From Gammaproteobacteria bacterium (GTDB lineage Bacteria > Pseudomonadota > Gammaproteobacteria > Ga0077536): 64,000 nt of DNA. Positions 29,070-39,573 of the stretch are shown in pieces. Where the stretch lies: assembly GCA_016191285.1 (NCBI GenBank), contig JACPPA010000027.1:41603-105602 (forward strand), given 5' to 3'. The notes beneath the pieces are model-generated. The model made no database searches and was not told the DNA's origin. It saw only the letters and a list, made by a program, of their open reading frames with translations. The position numbers were made by a program, and so were the translations under genes. Positions within the stretch are counted from its first letter, which is position 1, and each line of letters opens with the position of its first letter.

Positions 29070-30172
29070 GATCTGGAATGCTGAGCTTCAAGTCCTTCAA
29101 TATAGGTCGGTCCGCACGCCACAATATCGAGGCGCGGCAAGCCCCGCGACGAGACATAGAATAGTGCGCGTAACGCCGTGTTATTCGTGGCCGCAAGGCT
29201 GGTGGCGGCGATCGTTAGTTGCACTTGGCGACGAGATATTTTGACCTCTGTGCTCGATCTGAATAGTGGGTTCGTATTGATCTTGCGCAAAGTCAGTACC
29301 GCCATCCCTAATGCCCACAGGCAAAATTTTCGGATCCCAGCCTGCTCCGGCGGAATCTTCAACGTATAGCGCAAGGCATTTTGCAAATGACCGTGGGTCA
29401 CCCCGACTAGCTGTTGGATGACGGCGGCGAACTCCACGCCGCCATTGCCAGGGTTCAAGTCGCTTAGGCGAAGGCCATGATGCGCGAACTCATCTCGCGG
29501 TAACCAGCAGGCACCGCGTGCGCGGTCATCCCAAATATCCTTGAGAATATTGGTCATCTGCAGACCTTGACCGAACGAAACCGCGAGACGCATGAGTTCG
29601 TCGGCTGCGGTGCGCAAAGTTTGACAGTAGTCACAAAATAGTTCGGTTAGCATTTCGCCGACTACGCCAGCGACGTAATAGCAGTAGCGATCGAGCGCGC
29701 GTTGATCACTGACCCCCTCCAGCGTTTCTTGCCCTTGATAAAACACCATGCCGTCGAGCATCACGCGTACGCAGCGTTCAAGAGCATTGCGTTGAGTCGG
29801 ATTCAAGGAGTGTGTAATGCGCAAGACTCGATCAGCGTTGGCAATCAGATCGCGTTCGTCTGCGGAATTGTGGGCGGCTAGTTGTGGCGCAAGCTCTTGG
29901 CCAAAGTGAACTGGGCCCGCGCTGCTCTGTACAGCGCGCAAAAAAAGCGCCGAATAGTGCCGCTTGAGTTCGAATGGCAATGTCGCATCATCCTCGATCG
30001 TGTCTGCGATTCGACACAGCAAGTAAGCGTTTGCGACGGCCCGATAGAGGCCTTCGGGTAAGACTGGAATGGTTAACGCGAAGGTTCGCGAAACCCCTTG
30101 CAGGATGTGCGCTTGGTACTCGTCATCGGTAAGCGTCGAAAACCTTGCGAGCACCACAGCCTCCAAGTGCAC
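29066..30172 (-). CDS. sqs: Squalene synthase (farnesyl-diphosphate farnesyltransferase)
   Basis: 368 aa with LQGVSRTFALTIPVLPEGLYRAVANAYLLCRIADTIEDD and a second Asp-rich region (ILKDIWDD). This is the single-protein SQS type, not HpnC/D/E. Confidence 0.8.
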   Translation of the reverse strand: MHLEAVVLARFSTLTDDEYQAHILQGVSRTFALTIPVLPEGLYRAVANAYLLCRIADTIEDDATLPFELKRHYSALFLRAVQSSAGPVHFGQELAPQLAAHNSADERDLIANADRVLRITHSLNPTQRNALERCVRVMLDGMVFYQGQETLEGVSDQRALDRYCYYVAGVVGEMLTELFCDYCQTLRTAADELMRLAVSFGQGLQMTNILKDIWDDRARGACWLPRDEFAHHGLRLSDLNPGNGGVEFAAVIQQLVGVTHGHLQNALRYTLKIPPEQAGIRKFCLWALGMAVLTLRKINTNPLFRSSTEVKISRRQVQLTIAATSLAATNNTALRALFYVSSRGLPRLDIVACGPTYIEGLEAQHSRS

Positions 30173-30230
30173 ATCGATCGAGACCGCTACACGCAGCCGC
30201 CTCGTGATCTAGACAGCGCGGGAAAAAAAT

Positions 30231-30307
30231 TGGTCGGGGTGACAGGATTCGAACCTGCGACCCCTGCCTCCCGAAGGCAGTGCTCTACCAGACTGAGCTA
30301 CACCCCG
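30231..30307 (-). tRNA. tRNA-Pro (anticodon CGG)
   Basis: The reverse complement reads CGGGGTGTAGCTCAGTCTGGTAGAGCACTGCCTTCGGGAGGCAGGGGTCGCAGGTTCGAATCCTGTCACCCCGACCA. It folds as a cloverleaf with anticodon loop TTCGGGA and an encoded CCA. Confidence 0.93.
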
Positions 30308-30328
30308 ACAGATTCCGATCGATCCTAC

Positions 30329-31318
30329 CTAGAAGCTACGACTCGCGGCGAATTCCGCGAGCGCCTTCAGCGCATCTAAGTAGGGTGAAGGCTGTACCGG
30401 TGCGAGCGCTGCGTGCGCCTTAGCCGCCTCCTGCTTAGCGAGCCGCAAAGTGTAAGTGATGGCACCGGTCGATTCAATTGCCGATGTGATGTCATCCAGG
30501 TGATCGCGACCGCCTCCGCGGATGGCGGCATCGATTATCTGCGTCTGCGGCGGCGTTCCATGCCACATCGCATAGAGCAACGGCAACGTGGGTTTCCCTT
30601 CGGCGAGATCGTCCCCGAGGTTCTTGCCCAATTCGGCCTCGACGGCTTGATAATCCAAGGCATCGTCGACCAGCTGAAAGGCAGTCCCCAAGTGGCGGCC
30701 GTAAGCTGCCAATGCGCTTTCGAGCCGGACGCCGCCGGTCGCGACCACCACGCCTAATTGCGCCGCCGCTTCGAATAACTTTGCCGTTTTGAAGCGAATC
30801 GTGTCGAGATAACGCTGTTCTGAAATTGCTGGATCATGGCAATTAATGAGCTGCATGACCTCGCCTTCCGCGATGATGTTGGTGGCATCGGCCAAGATCT
30901 CTAGGACGCGTAGGTTTTGGAGTTCCACCATCATTTGAAAGGCTCTGGAATACAGGAAGTCGCCGACTAACACACTGGCTTCATTGCCCCAGATCAAATT
31001 GGCGGTTTCGCGACCGCGACGCATGCGCGAGGCATCTACTACATCGTCGTGGAGGAGCGTAGCGGTGTGGACGAGCTCGACAATGACCGCGATCTCGACA
31101 TGTTGCCGGCCGGCATAGCCTGTTGCGCGCGCCGCGAGGAGGGCCAGGGCGGGCCGCAGGCGCTTGCCGCCGCCGGCCACAATGTAGGTGCTCAGCTGGT
31201 TGATGAGTTCAACCTCGGAGTACAGTCGGCTGCCGATCAAGCGATCGACTTCCGCCATATCGCCGGCTATAAGTTGTCGCAAGGCCTCAATTTCAGGAGA
31301 TTTAACAGCGGCTCTCAA
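30329..31318 (-). CDS. ispB: Octaprenyl-diphosphate synthase
   Basis: GGKRLRPAL, LLHDDVVD and FQLVDDALD motifs. It is divergent from rplU, as in many gammaproteobacteria. Confidence 0.9.
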   Translation of the reverse strand: MRAAVKSPEIEALRQLIAGDMAEVDRLIGSRLYSEVELINQLSTYIVAGGGKRLRPALALLAARATGYAGRQHVEIAVIVELVHTATLLHDDVVDASRMRRGRETANLIWGNEASVLVGDFLYSRAFQMMVELQNLRVLEILADATNIIAEGEVMQLINCHDPAISEQRYLDTIRFKTAKLFEAAAQLGVVVATGGVRLESALAAYGRHLGTAFQLVDDALDYQAVEAELGKNLGDDLAEGKPTLPLLYAMWHGTPPQTQIIDAAIRGGGRDHLDDITSAIESTGAITYTLRLAKQEAAKAHAALAPVQPSPYLDALKALAEFAASRSF

Positions 31319-31505
31319 CGGTGGATTCCTCTATTGGCGAGCGAGACTGAACCACAATCTTGCCAATTGCGGTTGAGAAATACCATCAAACCGGCAAACC
31401 AACTCTAGAGGAGTGAGAAAGTCCACTTGTTTATCGCGGACCGGGCCCGTACAATCGCGGCCCCGTCACGCCTAACGCACGGAAAATCTGAGATTTTTAG
31501 CCTCA

Positions 31506-31820
31506 ATGCACGCAATCATTAAAACTGGCGGTAAGCAGTACCGAGTGGCCGAAGGTCAGAAACTGCGCATCGAATCTCTGCCGGTTAACCCCGGTGACGC
31601 GATCGAGCTTGATCAAGTTTTACTTGTGACTGATGCGGCTGAAACCGTGGTTGGCACACCTCATGTGACGGGCGCCAAGGTTCTCGCCACGGTGCTTGAG
31701 AACGGACGCGGCACCAAAATTCGAATCGTGAAATTCAAACGGCGTAAACATCACCGCAAACAGATGGGGCATCGCCAGAATTTCACTGAAATTGAAATTG
31801 TCAGTATTGTCAGAGGGTAA
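31506..31820 (+). CDS. rplU: 50S ribosomal protein L21
   Basis: [20 protein letters not shown]...[16 protein letters not shown]. Confidence 0.97.
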   Translation: MHAIIKTGGKQYRVAEGQKLRIESLPVNPGDAIELDQVLLVTDAAETVVGTPHVTGAKVLATVLENGRGTKIRIVKFKRRKHHRKQMGHRQNFTEIEIVSIVRG

Positions 31821-31825
31821 CGGCA

Positions 31826-32083
31826 ATGGCGCATAAGAAAGCTGGCGGTAGTACCCGTAATGGTCGCGATTCACACGCCAAACGGTTGGGTGTCAAGTGC
31901 TTTGGCGGCGAAGTTGTGAGATCTGGGAACATCATCGTGCGTCAACGCGGAACCCAATGTCATCCCGGCGCTAATGTCGACTGTGGCCGCGACCATACGC
32001 TGTTCGCAGTGGCCGACGGCAAGGTGCGATTTGAAACGAAGGGCGCCCAGAATCGAATGTATGTGAGCGTTGTGCCGGCGTAA
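31826..32083 (+). CDS. rpmA: 50S ribosomal protein L27
   Basis: [24 protein letters not shown]...IIVRQRGT. Confidence 0.97.
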   Translation: MAHKKAGGSTRNGRDSHAKRLGVKCFGGEVVRSGNIIVRQRGTQCHPGANVDCGRDHTLFAVADGKVRFETKGAQNRMYVSVVPA

Positions 32084-32105
32084 ATTTTCCAACGCATCAC
32101 CGCGT

Positions 32106-33190
<1,085 letters not shown>

Positions 33191-33214
33191 TACAGAACTC
33201 AGCGGACGCGACTT

Positions 33215-34345
33215 ATGCCAACTTCTGAACATCGTACACGGGTCGGGCAGACCAAGCGCTGGGTCGTCAAAATTGGCTCGGCTTTGGCGACTAATCACGG
33301 TGCCGGTCTCAACCACGCCGCGATCGACGATTGGGCTAAGCAAATTGCGCGCGTTAAGGCGCAAGGCACTGATGTCGTCGTCGTCACCTCTGGCGCCGTG
33401 GCCGAAGGCGCGGTGCGTCTCGGTTGGCAGGCGCGTCCGCATTCACTCCACGAACTGCAGGCGGCGGCGGCGGTCGGACAAATGGGCTTGGTGCGTGTAT
33501 GGGATTCAGCATTTCGGATCCAGCAGCATACGGCTGCACAGATCTTGCTTACCCATGACGATGTCGCGAATCGCGAACGCTACCTTAACGCGCGCAGCAC
33601 GTTATGGACGCTGCTACAACTGGGCGTGGTACCGGTTATCAATGAAAACGACACCGTCGCGACCGATGAAATAAAGCTCGGCGATAACGACACGTTGGCC
33701 GGCCTGGTCAGCAATTTGATCGAAGCGGATTTGATGATCATCTTAACTGACCAGGATGGCTTGATGAGCGCTGACCCACGGATTGATCCCGCTGCGCGAT
33801 TAATCGAGGAAGCGGCGGCAGATGATCCGAATCTACTCAAAATCGCCGGCAGTGGCGGCGAATGGGGGCGCGGTGGGATGCGCACCAAAATTACTGCGGC
33901 CCGCCTTGCGGCGCGCTCCGCGACCTCCACCATTATTGCGCATGGACGTGCACCCGATGTGTTGCTGAAAATCGCGAGCGGCGCGGTGATGGGGACGTTG
34001 TTGGTCGCAGCTGGCGCTAAACAAACAGCGCGTAAACAGTGGCTCGCGAGTACCTTGCGCGTGCGCGGCGAACTCGTCCTGGATCGCGGCGCATGTCGGG
34101 TTCTGTGCGAACAAGGACGTAGCCTGTTGCCAGTTGGGGTGACGGAGGTACGAGGCGATTTCGTGCGCGGCGAGCTGGTGGCCTGTGTCGATGCCGATGG
34201 CAACGAAATAGCGCGCGGACTAGTGAATTACCGCGCCGCCGATATCCGCTTAATCAAAGGTGTCGCGACGAGTGCAATCGAAGCCGCGCTTGGATTTGTT
34301 CAGGAGCAAGAGTTGATTCATCGTGATAACTTAGTTATCACTTAG
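33215..34345 (+). CDS. proB: Glutamate 5-kinase
   Basis: [40 protein letters not shown] and a C-terminal PUA region. Confidence 0.95.
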   Translation: MPTSEHRTRVGQTKRWVVKIGSALATNHGAGLNHAAIDDWAKQIARVKAQGTDVVVVTSGAVAEGAVRLGWQARPHSLHELQAAAAVGQMGLVRVWDSAFRIQQHTAAQILLTHDDVANRERYLNARSTLWTLLQLGVVPVINENDTVATDEIKLGDNDTLAGLVSNLIEADLMIILTDQDGLMSADPRIDPAARLIEEAAADDPNLLKIAGSGGEWGRGGMRTKITAARLAARSATSTIIAHGRAPDVLLKIASGAVMGTLLVAAGAKQTARKQWLASTLRVRGELVLDRGACRVLCEQGRSLLPVGVTEVRGDFVRGELVACVDADGNEIARGLVNYRAADIRLIKGVATSAIEAALGFVQEQELIHRDNLVIT

Positions 34346-34366
34346 CGCGCCGCGATGTGGCGCGCT
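34344..34366. terminator. GC-rich hairpin between the convergent proB and rpsT
   Basis: AGCGCGCC-GCGATGT-GGCGCGCT forms an 8-bp stem. Only TT follows, so terminator function is uncertain. Confidence 0.3.
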
Positions 34367-34380
34367 TTGCCCGAAGGGTT

Positions 34381-34644
34381 TTAGGCCATCGCCTTAATGC
34401 GCGCATCTAAGCGCGATTTATGGCGGGCCGCTTTATTTTTGTGGACCAACGCAGTCTTAACCATGCGGTCGATGATCGGCACCGCCGCGCTGTACGCCGC
34501 TTTCGCGGCTTCTTTATCACCGCTTTCGATCGCTTTGACAACGAGTTTAAGACGCGATCTGAACAAGGATTTGCGGCTGGCGTTGTGCAAACGGCGGCGT
34601 TCCGATTGTCGAGCGCGTTTGCGTGCTTGTGCGGTATTAGCCAA
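34381..34644 (-). CDS. rpsT: 30S ribosomal protein S20
   Basis: ANTAQARKRARQSERRRLHN. I place the start at the TTG at 34644, preceded by GGAG with a 6-nt spacer. E. coli rpsT also starts with UUG. The track's ATG at 34656 adds 4 non-conserved residues. Confidence 0.9.
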   Translation of the reverse strand: MANTAQARKRARQSERRRLHNASRKSLFRSRLKLVVKAIESGDKEAAKAAYSAAVPIIDRMVKTALVHKNKAARHKSRLDARIKAMA

Positions 34645-34774
34645 AGTGAACTCCATCGAGGATGCGTAAAACGGGCTGCGGACTATGCTATCGATTAGGG
34701 GAAATTGTCAATCCCAAGTCTTGTCCAACGTGCCGCCACTTACCACAGGGTTCCTCTATAATCGTCGCTCGAAT

Positions 34775-36358
34775 GTGGCCCCCGCATTCGTCGCAATTGA
34801 GGAACCACGCCTGAGCCGCAATTTATTGCGTTCCACCGCATTGGTGGGGCAAATGACCCTAATTTCCCGTGTCCTCGGTCTGATCCGGGATTCCGTGATT
34901 GCCACCGCTTTCGGCGCTAACCATGCAACCGACGCCTTTTTCGTGGCCTTTAAAATTCCCAACCTATTCCGCCGCCTATTTGCCGAAGGGGCGTTTTCAC
35001 AAGCCTTCGTGCCGGTTCTCGCAGGCTATCGCTCGGAGCGCCCGGCAGCCGAAGTGAAGGCCTTGATCGACGCGGTATCCGGCGCCCTCGCCGCAATCTT
35101 ATTTGGGGTCACCGTGCTCGGCGTTATCGCGGCCCCCGCCGTCATTGCGATATTCGCGCCAGGCTTTGTGCGCGACGCCGCGAATTTTGAACTCAGCGTG
35201 ACCTTGCTCCGCCTGACCTTTCCTTATCTCTTCTTTATTGCGCTGACCGCACTGCTCGCTGGGATACTCAACACCTACGGTCGCTTTGGCGTACCGGCGG
35301 TCACGCCGTCGTTGCTTAATGTCGCGCTAATTTTGAGCGCCGTGGTCCTCGCGCCACGACTTGCGCAACCGGTCTATGCGCTAGCAATTGGTGTGATGTT
35401 CGGTGGTGTCTTACAACTGGGATTGCAGATCGCAGCCGTTAAATCGGCGGGTTTACTGCCGCACCCGCGTTGGGATTGGAGTCACCCCGGTGTCAAACGC
35501 ATTTTGACTTTGATGGGGCCAGCGTTATTTGGGGTATCGGTGGCGCAGTTGAATTTTTTGATCGATACGTTGATCGCTTCGTTTTTGCGCGAAGGCAGTA
35601 TTTCCTGGCTGTATTTTTCCGATCGCTTGATGGAATTTCCGTTAGGTATTTTTGGCGTCGCGCTCGGTACGGTTATTCTTCCGAGCTTGGCCGAGCTTCA
35701 TTCGAAAAATCGACCGCGACAATTTTCCGATACACTCGATTGGGCGCTCCGCCTAGTCCTTCTGATTACTCTGCCATCGGCGGTCGGGTTAGCGGTATTA
35801 GCCGCGCCGATCTTAAGCACGCTTTTTCAGTACGGAGCCATGACCGAATTTGATGTAATGATGGCGACTAAAAGTCTCGTGACCTATGCCGGAGGCTTGA
35901 GTGGTTTTATTTTCGTAAAGGTCTTGGCGCCGGCGTTTTTCGCTCGCCAGGACACGAAAACGCCGGTGAAAGCCGGAGTCATCGCCTTGATCGCTAATGC
36001 GGTACTGAACGTCGCGTTGGTCTTTCCGCTGCAACATGCGGGGCTGGCTCTCGCCACGTCGATCGCGGCCTTTATCAATTCGGCGATTTTGTTAGCGACC
36101 CTACGCCACCTTGGCGTCTATCATCCGCGCCCCGGCTGGGGACGGTTTATGGTTCAGGTCTTTGCGGCGGCGGCAATCATGGGCACGATCTTGCACGTGA
36201 ATGCGGCGCCATTGCCCACTTGGACGGCGTGGCACGCGGGTGCCCGCGCTGCACATCTCGTGACACTCGTTATCGGCGGGTGCCTAGTGTATGGCGCTGG
36301 TTGCTTATTGTTCGGCCTTCGCAGGCGCGATGTGGCGCAACCTCGAGCGGAGATATAA
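34775..36358 (+). CDS. murJ: Lipid II flippase MurJ (MviN)
   Basis: NLLRSTALVGQMTLISRVLGLIRDSVIATAFG matches the MurJ N-terminus, and the protein has about 14 TM segments. The start is uncertain (GTG 34775 or CTG 34811). The track start at 34685 adds an unlikely extension. Confidence 0.88.
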   Translation: MAPAFVAIEEPRLSRNLLRSTALVGQMTLISRVLGLIRDSVIATAFGANHATDAFFVAFKIPNLFRRLFAEGAFSQAFVPVLAGYRSERPAAEVKALIDAVSGALAAILFGVTVLGVIAAPAVIAIFAPGFVRDAANFELSVTLLRLTFPYLFFIALTALLAGILNTYGRFGVPAVTPSLLNVALILSAVVLAPRLAQPVYALAIGVMFGGVLQLGLQIAAVKSAGLLPHPRWDWSHPGVKRILTLMGPALFGVSVAQLNFLIDTLIASFLREGSISWLYFSDRLMEFPLGIFGVALGTVILPSLAELHSKNRPRQFSDTLDWALRLVLLITLPSAVGLAVLAAPILSTLFQYGAMTEFDVMMATKSLVTYAGGLSGFIFVKVLAPAFFARQDTKTPVKAGVIALIANAVLNVALVFPLQHAGLALATSIAAFINSAILLATLRHLGVYHPRPGWGRFMVQVFAAAAIMGTILHVNAAPLPTWTAWHAGARAAHLVTLVIGGCLVYGAGCLLFGLRRRDVAQPRAEI

Positions 36359-36409
36359 TCGGTGCGTGAAGGCCAAAGTATCCCGTCACTACCCATCCAA
36401 TGAATGTCG

Positions 36410-37345
36410 ATGAGACTTATTCGAGGCGCCTATAATTTCCGCTCCGCAATGCGCGGATGCGTGGCGACCATCGGTAATTACGATGGGGTGCATCTCGGCC
36501 ATCAAGCGGTCTTACGCAAACTGCTAACTCAAGCACGCGCGCGCGGACTACCGGCCACCGTGATCGTGTTCGAACCACAACCTGCCGAATATTTCGGCGG
36601 CAGCGCAGCGCCAGCCCGCTTGTCGAGTTTGCGCGACAAATGCCATTTACTCGCCGACTGCGGTATCGATCGCTTGCTTGTTTTAAAATTCGATACGGCG
36701 CTCGCGGACTTAACCGCGGCTGAGTTCATCAAGGGCTTTCTAATCGACAAACTCGGCATTAAAGGTTTGATTGTTGGCGACGATTTTAAGTTTGGCTGTG
36801 ACCGCGGTGGCGATTATTCGACGTTGCAAAATTTCGCGGCCGAATTCGACTTTTCGCTGGAACGCGCCAGTTCGTTTCTGTCGAACGCCGAACGTACCAG
36901 CAGCACGCGGCTCCGCGCGGCGTTGCAGGCCGGTGATTTTTCCGCTGTACCGGATTTATTAGGTCACCCGTATCGAATTGTCGGCCGTGTCGTACACGGC
37001 AATGAGAACGGACGCGGGATGGGCTTCCCCACCGCGAACTTGAATTTGAATCGACGCAAACCGCCATTAAATGGAATTTTCGCCGCGCGGGTCGCTGGGT
37101 TGGCCGCGCATCCGCTCGCGGCGATTGCGTATGTCGGTACGCGGCCCATTATTGGGGGCGAAAAATTCGTGCTCGAAGTGCATATCTTCGATTATTCCGC
37201 CGATTGCTACGGTCAGCATCTTCAAGTCGAATTTCTCGCGAAAATCCGCGGTGATCTTCCGTTCACCAATTTTGATGCGTTGGCCGAGCAGATCGCGGTG
37301 GATTGCGCGCAGGCGCGTGAAATATTGAAAGCGCAACCGTGTTAG
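36410..37345 (+). CDS. ribF: Bifunctional riboflavin kinase / FMN adenylyltransferase
   Basis: MRLIRG..., TIGNYDGVHLGHQAV and GFPTANL motifs. Confidence 0.93.
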   Translation: MRLIRGAYNFRSAMRGCVATIGNYDGVHLGHQAVLRKLLTQARARGLPATVIVFEPQPAEYFGGSAAPARLSSLRDKCHLLADCGIDRLLVLKFDTALADLTAAEFIKGFLIDKLGIKGLIVGDDFKFGCDRGGDYSTLQNFAAEFDFSLERASSFLSNAERTSSTRLRAALQAGDFSAVPDLLGHPYRIVGRVVHGNENGRGMGFPTANLNLNRRKPPLNGIFAARVAGLAAHPLAAIAYVGTRPIIGGEKFVLEVHIFDYSADCYGQHLQVEFLAKIRGDLPFTNFDALAEQIAVDCAQAREILKAQPC

Positions 37346-37842
37346 TCATTAATCGGCGGACGAGTTGGCGGTGGCTCGCGGGCATGGTGATAGTGGCTGA
37401 CCAAGCAACCAAGGGCTGGGCGGCAATGGCCTTGGCGTACGGCCAGCCGCGCGCGATATTTCCGAGCTTCAACCTCACGCTGTTACACAACCAGGGCGCG
37501 GCGTTCAGCGTACTTGCCACCGCCGCGGGTTGGCAGCGTTGGGTGCTGTCCGCGCTTGCGCTGGGGGTCAGTGCCTATCTTGTAACCGTGCTCAATAGTG
37601 CGCAGACCATGTCACGCCTTTATCGCTGCGGTTTAAGCTTGATCCTCGGCGGTGCGCTCGGCAATCTGATCGATCGAGTGGTTCACGGCTACGTCGTCGA
37701 TTTTATTCAGGTTTACTACGACCATTGGTACTTTCCGGCGTTTAACCTCGCTGACTCCGCGATTACGGTAGGCGCATGCTTATTAGCCTACGAAATCCTG
37801 CTGGGGCCTGGTGCGAGCAGTGCTTTGGCTAACGATCGGTGA
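37339..37842 (+). CDS. lspA: Lipoprotein signal peptidase II
   Basis: [25 protein letters not shown] and FNLADSAI motifs. GTG start overlaps the ribF stop by 7 nt. Confidence 0.92.
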   Translation: MLVINRRTSWRWLAGMVIVADQATKGWAAMALAYGQPRAIFPSFNLTLLHNQGAAFSVLATAAGWQRWVLSALALGVSAYLVTVLNSAQTMSRLYRCGLSLILGGALGNLIDRVVHGYVVDFIQVYYDHWYFPAFNLADSAITVGACLLAYEILLGPGASSALANDR

Positions 37843-37894
37843 GTATAATGCGGGCCATCTTTCAAAATGCCCGCTGCAATACAGGCTAATTTCC

Positions 37895-38860
37895 ATGGAA
37901 ATTCATCTCGCTAATCCACGTGGATTTTGTGCTGGTGTCGACCGCGCCATCGGCATCGTTGAGCGTGCGCTTGAACTGTTTGGCGCGCCGGTCTATGTGC
38001 GGCACGAAGTGGTTCACAACAAATACGTGGTCGATGGGCTGCGTGAGAAGGGCGCAATTTTCGTTGACGAACTCGATGAGGTGCCGGATGACGCCACTGT
38101 CATCTTCAGCGCTCACGGTGTCGCCAAGGCCGTGCGTGCGGAAGCCGCACGGCGCCAGCTTCGGGTGTTTGATGCGATCTGTCCGCTGGTGACCAAGGTG
38201 CATATGGAAGTTGGGCGCTATCAACAAGAAGGTCGCGAATGCATTTTGATCGGTCACGCTGGCCACCCGGAAGTGGAAGGAACACTGGGACAATACCGCG
38301 CCAGGAAGGGGCGGGGCGGCATGTACCTCGTGGAATCAGTGGATGACGTGCGCAAACTCGAAGTCAAGGATCCAACCTTTCTTGCGTTCGTCACGCAAAC
38401 GACGTTATCGATGGACGATACTGCCGTGGTAATCGATGCACTCCGTCAGCGGTTTCCCAAAATCGTGGGACCTAAAAAGGAAGACATCTGTTATGCGACA
38501 CAAAACCGGCAGGATGCAGTAAAGCGGCTGCTGACGAACTGCGATCTCATCCTGGTGGTGGGTTCGCAAACCAGTTCGAATTCCACCCGCTTAAAAGAAA
38601 TCGCCGAGAAGCAGGGGATCGCCGCCTACCTCATCGACAACGCGGAAGAAATTCAGCGTGACTGGTTAACGGGCAAACGCAGCGTCGGCGTTACCGCGGG
38701 CGCATCCGCACCGGAAGTACTGGTTGAGCAAGTGGTTTCGCGTCTTAGGGAATGGGGTGGACAAGCGGTCAACGAAGTGCCCGGCATCAAGGAACAAGTG
38801 GTGTTCAGTTTGCCGCGCGAATTGGTGCGGGCGGCCGAGACCGAGGATCAACACGCCTAG
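37895..38860 (+). CDS. ispH: 4-hydroxy-3-methylbut-2-enyl diphosphate reductase
   Basis: ATG at 37895 gives [34 protein letters not shown] and SSNSTRL motifs are also present. Confidence 0.95.
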   Translation: MEIHLANPRGFCAGVDRAIGIVERALELFGAPVYVRHEVVHNKYVVDGLREKGAIFVDELDEVPDDATVIFSAHGVAKAVRAEAARRQLRVFDAICPLVTKVHMEVGRYQQEGRECILIGHAGHPEVEGTLGQYRARKGRGGMYLVESVDDVRKLEVKDPTFLAFVTQTTLSMDDTAVVIDALRQRFPKIVGPKKEDICYATQNRQDAVKRLLTNCDLILVVGSQTSSNSTRLKEIAEKQGIAAYLIDNAEEIQRDWLTGKRSVGVTAGASAPEVLVEQVVSRLREWGGQAVNEVPGIKEQVVFSLPRELVRAAETEDQHA

Positions 38861-38871
38861 GGTGTGATTTT

Positions 38872-39055
38872 TGTGGGAGCCGCTTTAGCGGCGAACTAGC
38901 GGATCACATCAGTCATCAAAAAAGATTCGCCGCTAAAGCGGCTCCCACAAGAGGAGCATCGGGCACTGGGTTAGTATTGTGGGAGCGGATTTATCCGCGA
39001 ATCTTTTTTAGGCTTTGGCAATTGTTGAAGATTCGCCGCTAAAGCGGCTCCCACA
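38872..39055. repeat. Cluster of four REP elements in alternating orientation (BIME-like)
   Basis: 38872-38895 TGTGGGAGCCGCTTTAGCGGCGAA (forward). 38925-38949 ATTCGCCGCTAAAGCGGCTCCCACA (reverse). 38978-39002 TGTGGGAGCGGATTTATCCGCGAAT (forward). 39030-39055, reverse copy identical to the second. Confidence 0.85.
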
Positions 39056-39091
39056 AAAGCCCAAGCCACAAAAGTTAAGGGCCGCTCAGAA

Positions 39092-39556
39092 TTACTTGCA
39101 GTAATCCTTGATCTTCTGGTTCGCTTCTTTGATTCGCGCCTGACGCTCGGCGTCCGTGGCGTACACGAGTTCCTTCTTGTCATTTATATAGCGTGCGCGG
39201 TTCGAAACCGAAAGTTGCTTAAGCACGGTGTGCGCCTTGTCACAGGCCGCGCGGAGTTCTTTTTGCATTTCTGGGGTGAGGAGCGGCGCTGAATCTTTCG
39301 GCTTGGGCGGGGTCTTTTTGCCGTCGGTCGCTTTGGGCGTTCGCGGTGTCGCGTCGGCAGGCCTACTGACTTTAGGTTTCACGATGTCGGCGTGCTGGCC
39401 CGGAGGCGGTGAGGTGGAGTACGTGGTATTGCCGTCTTTATCGACCCATTTATAAATTTCAGCGTGAGCGGGCAGCGCGATCAGTAGGGAGGCCAGGAGA
39501 CCAGCCACCGGTCGTGCCGATCTCGATTTGCGTTCGCTTGGAATCAGGCGCGGCAT
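39092..39556 (-). CDS. DUF4124-domain secreted protein
   Basis: ATG at 39556 gives MPRLIPSERKSRSARPVAGLLASLLIALPAHA as a signal peptide, followed by EIYKWVDKDGNTTYS. It is a paralogue of 4137-4694. Confidence 0.6.
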   Translation of the reverse strand: MPRLIPSERKSRSARPVAGLLASLLIALPAHAEIYKWVDKDGNTTYSTSPPPGQHADIVKPKVSRPADATPRTPKATDGKKTPPKPKDSAPLLTPEMQKELRAACDKAHTVLKQLSVSNRARYINDKKELVYATDAERQARIKEANQKIKDYCK

Positions 39557-39573
39557 TGACCGGCGCACGCCAG

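Noticed and set aside
33580-34203. 207-aa minus-strand ORF rich in Ser/Arg/Pro
   Set aside because: It is antisense to proB, which is unambiguous.
38872-39055. Possible small CRISPR array
   Set aside because: The repeats alternate in orientation and are themselves palindromic. The spacers are unequal (about 28-29 bp) and there are only four units. Single copies occur elsewhere at gene ends, which is REP/BIME behaviour, not CRISPR.
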